Shown here in pieces: positions 20,071 through 29,365 of a stretch of 64,000 nucleotides of DNA (the stretch's first letter is position 1; each line of letters starts with the position of its first letter). A program made the translations under genes and the position numbers. The notes beneath the pieces were generated by a model. It worked only from the letters and a program-made list of their open reading frames with translations, was not told the DNA's origin and did no database searches. The stretch is from a virus (taxonomy: Duplodnaviria > Caudoviricetes): positions 21,285-85,284 of IMG/VR virus record IMGVR_UViG_2639762784_000001; one strand, given 5' to 3'.

Positions 20071-22515
20071 ATGACCATGGTGAACGGCACGCTCCTGGGG
20101 GGCGGCGATTCGCGGCGGGTGGAGATGCGGGCCGCGCTAGTCGATGTGACCGGCGCCCCTGCGGTCGGCTATGTGCCCTCCCTGGAGGGAGAGCTGGTGC
20201 GCCCGGTGCCGATCACCCCCGACCAGGGTGGGGACTGGTCGGCGGACCTCACCCCGAACAGCCTGATCGAGTCGACGTCCGGGGACACCCTGTGGGCGGT
20301 GCAGGAGGGCCGCACCCTGTCCGGTGTTCCGATCATCACCCACATTCTGGTGCCCGAGGCCGGCCAGTGGTGGGTGGGGCAGCTGCGGGTCGACCTGGCA
20401 GACACACAGACCGGTCAGGGCAGCATCGTCTACGTGCCTGGCGAAGCCGGACCACAGGGGGCACAGGGCCCGGCCGGGCCGGCCGGTACCGACGGCCAGG
20501 ACGGCACCCCCGGAGCCCCGGGCGCAGACGGTGAGGACGGGGCATCCGCCTACGAGGTGGCCGTCACGAGCGGGTTCACCGGCACACAGACGCAATGGCT
20601 GGCCTCCCTCGTCGGCCCCCAGGGCGAGCCGGGCGAGCAGGGCGAGCAGGGTCCGCCCGGCGCTGACGGTTCCAACGCGGACGCGGAGGCCTACACCGAC
20701 ACCGCCATGACCGCCGAAGTGGCGCGCGCGGATGCCGCCTACGAGCCGGCTGGGACCGCGACGGCCGCCGTTTTTGCCCACACCAGCGCGACCGACCCGC
20801 ACGGGGACCGCGCATGGGCCGACAACAAGTTCGCCACCCTCACCGCCCTCGGCACCCTCAACGCCACCGTCACCGACCTCGGCGGCGCCGTCACCAACCT
20901 CGACGGATTCGTGCAGGACTGCCTCACCCGGGTCGCCGGAATCGAGCAGGGAACCGCCTGGCTGTCCGCCCTCAACGTCGCCGGGAACGCTCAGATATCC
21001 GGTGGGGACCTGACCGTGTACGACACGTCCAAGGGCTACCGGCTCCGCCGCGGGGGCGCCGACCTGGACCTTGAAGGCACCGGCGCCGACCTCGTCACCA
21101 GCGTGTGGTCCGGGACCGCGTTCAACGGCACCCAGCACTCCTACGACCGGTACTCCGCAAGCTCCCTGAATGTGCAGCATGCCGGGAAACGCGAGTTCGT
21201 GGACGGCCTGTACGGCGCCGCCCGGCACGTCCTGGACCCCGACAGTGACCGCATCGGCTTCTTCGGCGCCGACCCGGCCGGCCAGCAACAGGTCACCGGA
21301 GCCTCACAAGGGGAGACGGTGGCGTCTCTGACGGAGGCGCTCGCCGCCTACGGGCTCGTCGTGAACGTGGCCGCCCCCGCGGCGAAGGGCGTGTACGTGC
21401 CGAACGGGTGGGGGGAGCACTGGCGGGCCGCCCGCGACACCGCCAGCGCCACCCCCGCACGAATCGTCACCCTCGGAGGCAGTGCGACGCAGGGCATGTA
21501 TGCCTCCAACCCGATCACCCACTCGTGGCCGGGCCTGGTCCGTACCGCCCTCCAGGCCCAGTACGGGGACGGCGGCTCCGGATATCACACGACGAGTCTG
21601 TCCTCGACCGTCCTCGCCTCGGGAGATGCCGCGGCGCTCGCCGCATGGACGACTGCCGGTGCGATCGTCGGGCAGAGTGGCACCTGGTCCCTGTCCGCGA
21701 ACCGGTACGGGCCGGGTATCACCGGCGTGTACACCGACGTGACCGGCTCCACCATGACGTTCACGGTCCGCGGCACCACCGTGAAGATCTACACCATCAG
21801 CGGCGGCACCCGCCCGCCTTTCACCTACGCCATCGACGGCGGCACGGCAGAGACTGTGACCGTGCCCGGCGGAACCGCCGCCGTGCAGGTCACCACCATC
21901 ACCGACCTCACCCCAGGCACCCATACAGTGGTCCTCACCTGCGGCACGACCACCACCGGCCAATACCTGACCGTCGCCGGAGCCGCCGGGGAGAACGCCA
22001 GCGGAGTCATCGTCGACAACCTGGCCCGCGCGGGCGCCGGCTCCGGTTCCTACGCGACGCTGCCGGAGTCGGCGCTGAACGCCACATGGAACGGCGGCAT
22101 CAACTACCCGGCCAGCCTGGCCATCTACACGGCCGGACCCAACGACGCATCCAGCGATGTCGCCCCCGACGTGTGGGTGGACAACGTGGCCGCCTGGCTG
22201 CGCGGCGTACGAGACCTGGGCACCTCACAGGGCGCCACGGACATCATCCTCGGCATGCCCCACCTCGGTCGGCACACCACCGCGAACTACCGATACGCGG
22301 AGTACGCGGCGCGGCTGCGCTCGCTGGCGGCGTCGTACAACGCTGCGGTGGTCGACTGGTGGGAGATGGGCCGCAACAGCTGGCCGTACTGGTCCACGCT
22401 CGGGTATTGGGGCACGAACGCGGGCACCGGCGGGGCCGGGACGGACAGCGTGCATCTGTCGAATGCAGGGTTCGCCGCGATGGCCTCCCCGGTCATCGAC
22501 CTGCTGAAGGCCTGA
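20071..22515 (+). CDS. Collagen-repeat appendage protein with C-terminal SGNH/GDSL hydrolase domain
   Basis: Gly-X-Y repeats, SAYEVAV..GFTGT..WLASL, DPHGDRA; SGNH blocks LGGSATQG, GPND, DSVH. Confidence 0.72.
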   Translation: MTMVNGTLLGGGDSRRVEMRAALVDVTGAPAVGYVPSLEGELVRPVPITPDQGGDWSADLTPNSLIESTSGDTLWAVQEGRTLSGVPIITHILVPEAGQWWVGQLRVDLADTQTGQGSIVYVPGEAGPQGAQGPAGPAGTDGQDGTPGAPGADGEDGASAYEVAVTSGFTGTQTQWLASLVGPQGEPGEQGEQGPPGADGSNADAEAYTDTAMTAEVARADAAYEPAGTATAAVFAHTSATDPHGDRAWADNKFATLTALGTLNATVTDLGGAVTNLDGFVQDCLTRVAGIEQGTAWLSALNVAGNAQISGGDLTVYDTSKGYRLRRGGADLDLEGTGADLVTSVWSGTAFNGTQHSYDRYSASSLNVQHAGKREFVDGLYGAARHVLDPDSDRIGFFGADPAGQQQVTGASQGETVASLTEALAAYGLVVNVAAPAAKGVYVPNGWGEHWRAARDTASATPARIVTLGGSATQGMYASNPITHSWPGLVRTALQAQYGDGGSGYHTTSLSSTVLASGDAAALAAWTTAGAIVGQSGTWSLSANRYGPGITGVYTDVTGSTMTFTVRGTTVKIYTISGGTRPPFTYAIDGGTAETVTVPGGTAAVQVTTITDLTPGTHTVVLTCGTTTTGQYLTVAGAAGENASGVIVDNLARAGAGSGSYATLPESALNATWNGGINYPASLAIYTAGPNDASSDVAPDVWVDNVAAWLRGVRDLGTSQGATDIILGMPHLGRHTTANYRYAEYAARLRSLAASYNAAVVDWWEMGRNSWPYWSTLGYWGTNAGTGGAGTDSVHLSNAGFAAMASPVIDLLKA

Positions 22516-22591
22516 CCTCGAGGGTGCGACCACCGGCGGGACGGCCGCGCCCTGCTCCGGGCGCCGGATCGCTCGCACGTACGATGACCGG

Positions 22592-22762
22592 GTGAGCACC
22601 CCTGCCCCTGCACGTTCGAAGCCGCCTACGCCCGACTGCGCGCCCTCCCAGATCGGCCCGTGCACGAAGTGCCAGCACCCTTGTCACCGGTACGGGCACG
22701 GCGGGAACCCGCTGTGCGTGGTCTGCCGCCGGGAACTGGAAGCGTGGCGGGCCCGCCAGTAG
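22592..22762 (+). CDS. Small Cys-rich protein (56 aa, below ORF-track cutoff)
   Basis: GTG..TAG open frame encoding IGPCTKCQHPCHRYGHGGNPLCVVC. Confidence 0.5.
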   Translation: MSTPAPARSKPPTPDCAPSQIGPCTKCQHPCHRYGHGGNPLCVVCRRELEAWRARQ

Positions 22763-23515
22763 TCAGGGGGCGATGCGTCCGTTGGCGTTGAACGCGGCGT
22801 AGGTGAGGGGCATCAGCTTCGCCCACTCGTTTTCCATGGCCTCGCCGACCATCTCGATCTCGCGCTGGGGAAACGACGGCGTTGTGGCGTCGGGGTGGGT
22901 GGTGCGCAGTCCGAGGAAGTGCATCAGGGAGCGGGCGTTGCAGGTGGCGTAGATCGACGAGTACAGGCCCACCGGCAGCACCGTGCGGGCAACCTCCCGC
23001 GCCACACCGGCGGCGAGCATCGCCTGGTAGGCGTCGTACGCCTGCCGGTAGGAGTTCACGGTGACCCGCTCGGTCAGCTCATGCTGCGCCTGGGTGCCCG
23101 CGGTGAACTGGTACTGGCCGGCCTTCCCTTCCTGGACCAGGCGCCGGTCGGGGCCGGGCACGTAGAAGACGGGCTCGAGTTCCCGGTAGCGCCCGGACTC
23201 CTCGTTGTAGGACCAGCCGGCCCTGTGGCGCATGAACTCGCGGAACACGAAGATGGGGGCGCTGATCAGGAACGTCATCGACGTGTGCTCGAAGGGGCTT
23301 CCGTGCCGGTCCCGCATCAGGTAGTTGATGAGGCCCCGGTTTCGGCGTGCTTGCGGGTGCTCGGTGTCGGTCTGGTCCCAGGTGATGAGGGAGTCGAGGG
23401 AGCGTTCGCCTTGGGTGGAGACGCGGGCGGCGAAGAGGACGTCGGCGTCGAATGCGGTGTGCTTGACGAGTTGGACGGTGACGTCGCTGCGGAAGGTCGG
23501 GGTGGGTGTGGGCAT
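22763..23515 (-). CDS. thyX: FAD-dependent thymidylate synthase
   Basis: AARVS, HGSPFEH, RHRxxWSYNEESGRY signature, REVAR..LP. Confidence 0.95.
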   Translation of the reverse strand: MPTPTPTFRSDVTVQLVKHTAFDADVLFAARVSTQGERSLDSLITWDQTDTEHPQARRNRGLINYLMRDRHGSPFEHTSMTFLISAPIFVFREFMRHRAGWSYNEESGRYRELEPVFYVPGPDRRLVQEGKAGQYQFTAGTQAQHELTERVTVNSYRQAYDAYQAMLAAGVAREVARTVLPVGLYSSIYATCNARSLMHFLGLRTTHPDATTPSFPQREIEMVGEAMENEWAKLMPLTYAAFNANGRIAP

Positions 23516-23656
23516 GGTGGGGTTCCGTCCTGCGGGTGGTGAGGTGCCCTCAGTCTGGCCCGGCTCGGCGGCCCGTGTTGCCCCTCGAATTCGGGCGCCC
23601 GCGGTCGCCGTCGGCGCAGGGGAAGGCGGCAAGCAGTTCGGTCATAGGCTCGCGGC

Positions 23657-24238
23657 GTGCTCCTCTCCGACAGAGACCTCCACGCGGCGATACGCGACGG
23701 CCGGCTCGGTATCGATCCGTTCGATGAGGCGATGCTTCAGCCCGCCAGCATCGACGTCCGTCTCGATGACCGCTTCCGGGCGTTCAACAGCCACGCGCAC
23801 ACGCACATCGACCCTGCGCTCGATCAGGACGATCTGACACGCCTGGTCCGGGTCGACGACGGCGAGCCGTTCGTGCTGCACCCGGGGGAGTTCGTGTTGG
23901 CGTCGACGTACGAGCGGGTGTCCCTTCCGGACACGCTCGCCGCGAGGTTGGAGGGTAAGAGTTCGCTCGGGCGTCTGGGGCTGGTTACGCATTCCACGGC
24001 CGGGTTTATCGACCCGGGTTTTGAGGGGCACGTGACGTTGGAGCTGAGTAATCTCGCGACGCTTCCGATCAAGTTGTGGCCGGGTATGAAGATCGGGCAG
24101 ATCGCCGTGTTCGCGATGAGTGGGCCGGCGGAGCATCCGTATGGGAGTGCGGTGCGGGGGTCGCGGTATCAGGGGCAGCGGGGGCCGACGGCGTCCCGGT
24201 CGTGGCAGGGCTTCCACCGGACGGTGCTGCCTCGGTGA
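23657..24238 (+). CDS. dcd: dCTP deaminase
   Basis: [48 protein letters not shown]. Confidence 0.95.
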   Translation: MLLSDRDLHAAIRDGRLGIDPFDEAMLQPASIDVRLDDRFRAFNSHAHTHIDPALDQDDLTRLVRVDDGEPFVLHPGEFVLASTYERVSLPDTLAARLEGKSSLGRLGLVTHSTAGFIDPGFEGHVTLELSNLATLPIKLWPGMKIGQIAVFAMSGPAEHPYGSAVRGSRYQGQRGPTASRSWQGFHRTVLPR

Positions 24239-24411
24239 TGCGTTGAGGGCTCTGCGTAGCGGTTATGATCTGCGTGGCGGGTGCTGACCCACGCATAGCG
24301 GAGCGAGTCGGACCACGCTTTGACCTCTGAGAACTGCACATCGGTAGCATGAATAGCGGTGCCCCCGGCTGCTTTCCTCAGCCGGGGGCACCGCATTTTT
24401 GTTCCGTGGGC

Positions 24412-24822
24412 CTATGCGGCCATGCTGGGGTCGAACCGGTCGTGGGCCGCCCCCTGCCAGATCTCCCAGTCGGTGCTGACGTGCCCGGTGCCAGCCGCCG
24501 TTCCGGTGGCGGCCCAGAAGGGGCGCAGGGTCAGCGGTCCGGACTTCTGCCGCCAGCATCCGTCCGCGTGCACGTCCGGGTAGGCGGTGTGGTTGAACTG
24601 GCCGGGCCCGTACAGGTGGCCGCAGCAGTTCACGCGCCAGTCGATGGCGCGGTGGGACTCGGGGACCCGGCGGCGGTCCATGGCGTCCTGGTAGTGGTGG
24701 TGGATGACGTGGTCGCCGTGGGCTTTGGCGGCTTCGAGGTTGGTGTAGACGCCCAGTGTCTGTTTGAACTTCTGCACGTTCCAGAGGTCGGCGCCAACGT
24801 CGGCCATGGTCGGTGTCCTCAC
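24412..24822 (-). CDS. Hypothetical protein
   Basis: Coupled to upstream minus-strand gene; biased codon usage. Confidence 0.5.
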   Translation of the reverse strand: MRTPTMADVGADLWNVQKFKQTLGVYTNLEAAKAHGDHVIHHHYQDAMDRRRVPESHRAIDWRVNCCGHLYGPGQFNHTAYPDVHADGCWRQKSGPLTLRPFWAATGTAAGTGHVSTDWEIWQGAAHDRFDPSMAA

Positions 24823-25124
24823 TGCTCTCGGTGGTGCCGGTTCACGTGGTTGTTGATGCTCTCCTGGTTGCCCCGGTAGCCGCAGCCGCGCGGGCAGTCC
24901 TGCCAGAGTCCCGCGTCCACGGCGGCCTTGGTGACGGACTTGGTGTCGTCGGGGCCGTAGCCGTGGGCGTGGAGCATCTGGGCGACGGTGCCGCCGTGGT
25001 GGAGGGCGAGGAAGGCGGCTTCGGCGGTCTTGTCGTGCCCGGCGGCGAAGTACCGGCCGTAGCCGATCTCCTTGCCGCAGCCGCAGTAGCAGCGGCCGGT
25101 GGGCTGGACGGTGGTGCCTGTCAT
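24819..25124 (-). CDS. Zn-binding hypothetical protein
   Basis: CYCGCG..FAAGHD and CPRGCGY..NHVNRHH; GAGGAG RBS. Confidence 0.65.
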   Translation of the reverse strand: MTGTTVQPTGRCYCGCGKEIGYGRYFAAGHDKTAEAAFLALHHGGTVAQMLHAHGYGPDDTKSVTKAAVDAGLWQDCPRGCGYRGNQESINNHVNRHHREQ

Positions 25125-25126
25125 GG

Positions 25127-25522
25127 TCAGTTCTCCTCGGCGGCGGGGGCCAGGGTGAACGGCTCCCAGATGGCGGCGAGGTACTGACCGCGCTCGGCGA
25201 GCCATGCGCGGACGGCGGGCTCGTCCTCCTCGGTCACGATGCACTCGGTGGAGCGGAGGATCGCCTTGCGCTGGATGACCCAGAAGACGAGCAGCGTGTC
25301 CGGCTCGGGGTCCTCACCCTCCTCCAGGTACTCGCCGTCGTCACGCTGCCAGTCCCAGCGGAAGACGAGGTTCATGTCCTTGTCGGCATCGCCCCACTCC
25401 TCTTGGAACTCGGTCCACGAGGCATAGGTGTCGTGCAGGCCGTTCTTGTAGTAGTTGCCCTCCTTGCAGTAGTAGGGATGGTCGATCTCCCATAGGTGGG
25501 GCTGAGCCGTGTCGTCTGTCAT
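25127..25522 (-). CDS. Conserved acidic phage hypothetical protein
   Basis: HLWEIDHPYYC..ADKDMNLVFRWDW; probably leaderless, -10 sits just upstream of ATG. Confidence 0.7.
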   Translation of the reverse strand: MTDDTAQPHLWEIDHPYYCKEGNYYKNGLHDTYASWTEFQEEWGDADKDMNLVFRWDWQRDDGEYLEEGEDPEPDTLLVFWVIQRKAILRSTECIVTEEDEPAVRAWLAERGQYLAAIWEPFTLAPAAEEN

Positions 25523-25528
25523 GCCGTC

Positions 25529-25557
25529 AAACTACAGGGCTTGACTATCCAAGACAA
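25529..25557 (-). promoter_or_regulatory. Sigma70-type promoter with imperfect palindrome overlapping -35/spacer
   Basis: Minus strand TTGTCT-17 bp-TAGTTT ending 6 nt before ATG; CTTG-GATAGT-CAAG palindrome. Confidence 0.5.
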
Positions 25558-26072
25558 CCCAAGGATTCCAAGGGTTACGCCGGGAAGTTGACCCGCAGAA
25601 AGGGGCCTGGCGCGCCCGAACTCGGGATCGCCGGTACGCGGAGACCTTCCAGCTCCTCACGGGCCGTCAGGCGCCCGCGTGGCCGATCCGGGCAGAAGGC
25701 GGGGCGCCCGACCAACTGGTCTACGCTGAGTGCCAGCCGTCAGCCTGATAAGCGGCGCGCCGGACGCATCCACCGTCTGCCGCGCTTGGGCGGTCAGTGG
25801 ACAGAGGGGCCGGAGCCGACGGGCGACGGCCCTTCGTCGTTTGTGCACGGGAAGTCGTCCGGGAACATCGCCGTCTGATCTGGGGATTGGTGCATCGACA
25901 TCCCAACTACCTGCCACACCTGGCATGCAGGGCACATGGCGTCCTACCGTAGAGGTGTTGGCTCCTCCTGGGGCTGGTTCCAACTGGTTCGAGAGCGCGG
26001 TTCCGCAGGCAGTCCCTTTGGCGAGGGTGCGGCACCGCGCTTCTCGGCGTTCCCGGGGGATCGCACCGTTTG

Positions 26073-26100
26073 GTTCCCGATAAGCTCACATATAGCCAGC
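26073..26100. other. Possible dif/res-like tyrosine recombinase site
   Basis: GTTCCCGATAA-GCTCAC-ATATAGCCAGC, 11-6-11 layout upstream of recombinase operon; right arm diverged. Confidence 0.35.
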
Positions 26101-26124
26101 GATCACGAGAGGTAGGGGAGCAGC

Positions 26125-26370
26125 GTGGAGTCCGTAGAGATCGAACTGTTCGGAGGGCCAGCGCACGGTATGCATGTGGTCATCCCCGGCGAACCCATGA
26201 ATCCGCCCGACACCTACGAGTTGCAGCAGGCTCCGGCCCACCAGGAGGCAGAGCCCCGCCGTCTCGTCTACCGGAAGGACGCAGAGCCCCGCCGTCTCGT
26301 CTACCGGAAGGACTTCGACACTCTCGGTAGGACCCTGTGGGTGTACCGGTACGAGGAGCAGGTGCTGTGA
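26125..26370 (+). CDS. Hypothetical protein with internal duplication
   Basis: GGGGAG RBS; ELFGGPAHG motif; AEPRRLVYRKD twice. Confidence 0.6.
   Translation: MESVEIELFGGPAHGMHVVIPGEPMNPPDTYELQQAPAHQEAEPRRLVYRKDAEPRRLVYRKDFDTLGRTLWVYRYEEQVL
26248..26313 (+). repeat. Perfect 33-bp tandem duplication
   Basis: GCAGAGCCCCGCCGTCTCGTCTACCGGAAGGAC x2. Confidence 0.95.
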
Positions 26371-27398
26371 GCACCGAGAACCTTCCCGCCAGACCAGCTG
26401 ACCGCCCGCCGCTCCCCACCGAGTTCGACCCCGAGCTCCGCGCCCGCCTCGCCGCCCTCGACACCGCCAGCGACACCCACGCCCGCGAGCAGCGCCCCGA
26501 CAACACCACCCGCGCCTACGCCGCCGACTGGCGTGTCTGGGAGGAGTTCTGCGCCCAACTCCAGATCCCCACCGCCGCCGCCACCCGCGGCACCCTGCGC
26601 GCCTTCGTCGACTACCTCTGGACCCGCAAGCAAGCCGCCTACTCCACCATCGACCGCCGCCTCGCCGGCGTCACCGTCACCCTGCGCCAGCAATACTCCG
26701 TCGTCGTCGACCCCGAAGCCACCAAGGCTGCACGCGAGCTGCTGAAGGACTACCGGAAGAAAGCCGCCGAAGCCGAAGAGCCCGAGCGCGGCCGCGGCAA
26801 GGCCCCCGCCATGCGCCTGCACGACCTCCGCCGCATCGCCTCCCTCTGCGGCACCGACATCTTCGGCCTCCGCGACCGCGCCATGCTCCTCCTCGGCTTC
26901 TCCATCGCCGCCCGCCGCGCCGAACTCGCCGGACTCCGCCTGCGGAACATCCGCGACGACGACAACGGGCTCCTCGTCCACGTCGCCGTCTCCAAAACCG
27001 ACCCCCGCACCGTCCCCGTCCCCCACGGCACCAGCCCCGACACCTGCCCCGTCCGCGCCTGGAAGACCTGGGCAGCCGCCGCCAGCATCGTCGACCCCGA
27101 CCGGCACGCCTTCCGCCGCATCCACCACACCGGCAAAGTCCAACCGCACGGCCTGTCCCCGCAACGCGCCGGCGACCTCATCACCGCCGCCGGACTCCGC
27201 GCCGGATACGAGGACCTTTTCACCGGCCACTCCGTGCGCTCCGGCCTCGCCACCGAAGCCCGCCGCGCCGGCAAGGACCGTAAGGCCATCGCCGCCATCA
27301 CCGGACACGCCGACGGCTCCAAGGTGCTGGACGGCTACATGCAGATCGTCGACCAGTGGAGCGAGCAGGACAACGCCCTGATTGGACTCGGACTGTGA
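26367..27398 (+). CDS. Tyrosine recombinase (Cre/Xer-like resolvase or integrase)
   Basis: SAM-like N-terminus; RDRAMLLLGF..RRAEL, SKTD, GHSVRSG, TGH..GY: complete catalytic set. Confidence 0.92.
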   Translation: MSTENLPARPADRPPLPTEFDPELRARLAALDTASDTHAREQRPDNTTRAYAADWRVWEEFCAQLQIPTAAATRGTLRAFVDYLWTRKQAAYSTIDRRLAGVTVTLRQQYSVVVDPEATKAARELLKDYRKKAAEAEEPERGRGKAPAMRLHDLRRIASLCGTDIFGLRDRAMLLLGFSIAARRAELAGLRLRNIRDDDNGLLVHVAVSKTDPRTVPVPHGTSPDTCPVRAWKTWAAAASIVDPDRHAFRRIHHTGKVQPHGLSPQRAGDLITAAGLRAGYEDLFTGHSVRSGLATEARRAGKDRKAIAAITGHADGSKVLDGYMQIVDQWSEQDNALIGLGL

Positions 27399-27880
27399 CC
27401 AACGAACGGACTGCTTACCCCATGCTCGCGCCCGCCTGCTGGTCATGGCCGCCCGAGCGTCCGACCAGCGACGACATTAGCCGTCGATTCTGGGAGGGCA
27501 TCGACACCACGGGTTATAGCGCGAGCATGATCAACCTGTTGGAGGAGACCGCAGCCGCCCGGCACACGGACGAAGAGACGTTGAGGACTTGGCAGTCCGG
27601 CCGCTGTGCCATCTGTGGAGCGACGGGCCGCTGTATGGTCTGCGACCACGACCACGAAACCGGGCTGGTGCGAGGGTGGCTGTGCGTTTCGTGCAACACG
27701 CGTGAGGGTGTCGCTATCGGCCTTCCCGGAACTGTCATGGCTGCATATCGAGAGCGGCCGCCCACTGCCATCCTCGGATTGACGATCCGCTACCGGGATC
27801 CGTTCACCCGGCAGTGGGCCGTTCCCGAACCAGTCATCGAGGACGGCTGGGAGAACAGCCCCTCTGCCGACCTCACCTAG
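27395..27880 (+). CDS. Recombination endonuclease VII domain protein
   Basis: QSGRCAICG..DHDHETGLVRGWLCVSCN. Confidence 0.85.
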   Translation: MTNERTAYPMLAPACWSWPPERPTSDDISRRFWEGIDTTGYSASMINLLEETAAARHTDEETLRTWQSGRCAICGATGRCMVCDHDHETGLVRGWLCVSCNTREGVAIGLPGTVMAAYRERPPTAILGLTIRYRDPFTRQWAVPEPVIEDGWENSPSADLT

Positions 27881-28194
27881 CCCGCCGCCAGTGCCTCCCG
27901 GAGGTAGTGGGGCAGGGCCTGCCGGGCGGCCGCCCCCACCTCCCCCGCGGGAAGTTCGTCGGGGGTGACGATGACCGGCTGCCCGCCGTCGGGGCGGGCC
28001 AGGGCCCGGAAGGTTTCCCCGCCGTGAGCGGATGTGCCGGCGAGGTAGGCAGTCAGGGCGGCTCGTGCGATGTCGGCGGGGTCGGCGGTGGTGGTGGCGC
28101 GCCCGTATCCTCGGCTGATCCACATACCGGTGACGATCTCGTACAGCTGGACTTCCCACGTGATCCGCGTGGGCTGGGTGTCTTCGCAGGTCAT
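27877..28194 (-). CDS. Hypothetical protein
   Basis: ATG ORF with biased codon usage, convergent with EndoVII gene. Confidence 0.5.
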   Translation of the reverse strand: MTCEDTQPTRITWEVQLYEIVTGMWISRGYGRATTTADPADIARAALTAYLAGTSAHGGETFRALARPDGGQPVIVTPDELPAGEVGAAARQALPHYLREALAAG

Positions 28195-28245
28195 GCCGTA
28201 CAGCCTGCCCGGCCGATGGGAGCGGCGCGCCGCATACGTGCAATT

Positions 28246-28470
28246 TCACGTCCCGGGCTGGCTGCGCGCGTCTCCGCCTGGGCTGCGGAGGACCGCGCCG
28301 GCCTCGAGGAGGATGCCGCGGGTGAAGCCGTATGAGCGTCCGGTGCTCTCGGCCAGCGTCCTGATGGAGACGCCGCTCGCGTATGCCTTTTTCAGGTCGG
28401 AGGCGAGCTTGTCGCGCTCTGTGCCGGTGACCTTCCTGCCCTTGCCTACCATGACCGTCTCCTCTGCCAT
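28246..28470 (-). CDS. Small HTH protein resembling the Streptomyces GATC-binding nucleoid protein Gbn (SCO1839 family)
   Basis: KGRKVTGTERDKLASDLKKAYASGVSIRTLAESTGRSYGF..LLEAGAVLRSPGG matches the recalled family pattern. Confidence 0.75.
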   Translation of the reverse strand: MAEETVMVGKGRKVTGTERDKLASDLKKAYASGVSIRTLAESTGRSYGFTRGILLEAGAVLRSPGGDARSQPGT

Positions 28471-28494
28471 GTCCCGAAGGGTGATCATCGCGCA

Positions 28495-29349
28495 TCAGCC
28501 GCCGTTGGGGGTGTCCCAGTATCCGGTGTGGGCGATGGTGTCCGCGGTGACGGGGGGCTGCCGGTCGGCGAGGAGGGGGTGGGTGGCGGCCATCTGTCCG
28601 ACGAGTTTGTTGACCCAGCGGGACTGCAACGCTTGCCGGTTGTCGTTCAGCAGCAGCGCGTGTTCGCCCGGGTCGGCGGGTTCGGGGCGGACCTTCAGGT
28701 ACTCCTTGACGGCGGCGCCGGTGAGCGGCTCGAGGACGAACTGTTTGCCGACCGCTTCGTGGTCGTCGGGGGCGCGGATCTCCCAGGTGCCGTCGGGCTG
28801 GGGGTAGAGGTGGCGTTTGTCGACGCGGACGACGTGGGCGGGGCGCAGGCCCTCGAGGAGGAGCCAGACGGCGAGCCGGTCGCGTTGGTAGTGCCGGGAG
28901 TAGTGAGGGCCCCAGCCGCCGATGACGGCGAACAGAGTGGCACGTTCCATGCGGGCCAGGCGGTTTTTGGCGCCGGCGGGCCGGGTGACGCCGGAGCGTA
29001 GGGCGACCAGGTCGGGGGGGATGGTGATGATGCGGCGGCCGTGGGCGGCCTCGTAGAACTGGGTGAGGGCGCTGATGCGGCGGTCGTGGGAGCGGGCTGC
29101 TTCGGGGTGGTGGTCGGCGAGCTGGGCGAGGGCGTCGGGTCCGTTGAAGGGCCGGCCGTCGAGGTAGGGCGCGAGGAAGCAGTCGTGGGCCCAGGCGGCG
29201 ATGTCTTGAGGGCGGGCGGTGTAGGCGTCAACTTGCCGGGTGCGGCACCAGGTGAGGAAGGAGCCGATCTCGCGCGCGTATTCGGCGCGGGTGGAGGGGC
29301 GCAGGGCGGATCCCGCGAGCCAGTCGTGCAGGAAGTCGTCGGCGTCCAT
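28495..29349 (-). CDS. Catalytically degenerate tyrosine-recombinase-like protein
   Basis: SAM-like N-terminus and RDRLAVWLLLEGLR box I kept; HxxR box reads ADTIAHT and the protein ends before the Tyr nucleophile region. Confidence 0.7.
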   Translation of the reverse strand: MDADDFLHDWLAGSALRPSTRAEYAREIGSFLTWCRTRQVDAYTARPQDIAAWAHDCFLAPYLDGRPFNGPDALAQLADHHPEAARSHDRRISALTQFYEAAHGRRIITIPPDLVALRSGVTRPAGAKNRLARMERATLFAVIGGWGPHYSRHYQRDRLAVWLLLEGLRPAHVVRVDKRHLYPQPDGTWEIRAPDDHEAVGKQFVLEPLTGAAVKEYLKVRPEPADPGEHALLLNDNRQALQSRWVNKLVGQMAATHPLLADRQPPVTADTIAHTGYWDTPNGG

Positions 29350-29365
29350 GGCCTTATCCTGCCCG

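Noticed and set aside
24239-24411. Short minus-strand ORFs overlapping the dcd 3' end
   Set aside because: Overlap the dcd coding region and lack support; left unannotated
25560-26070. tRNA/attP or protein-coding gene
   Set aside because: No cloverleaf with T-loop and acceptor stem found; ORFs lack RBS and codon bias
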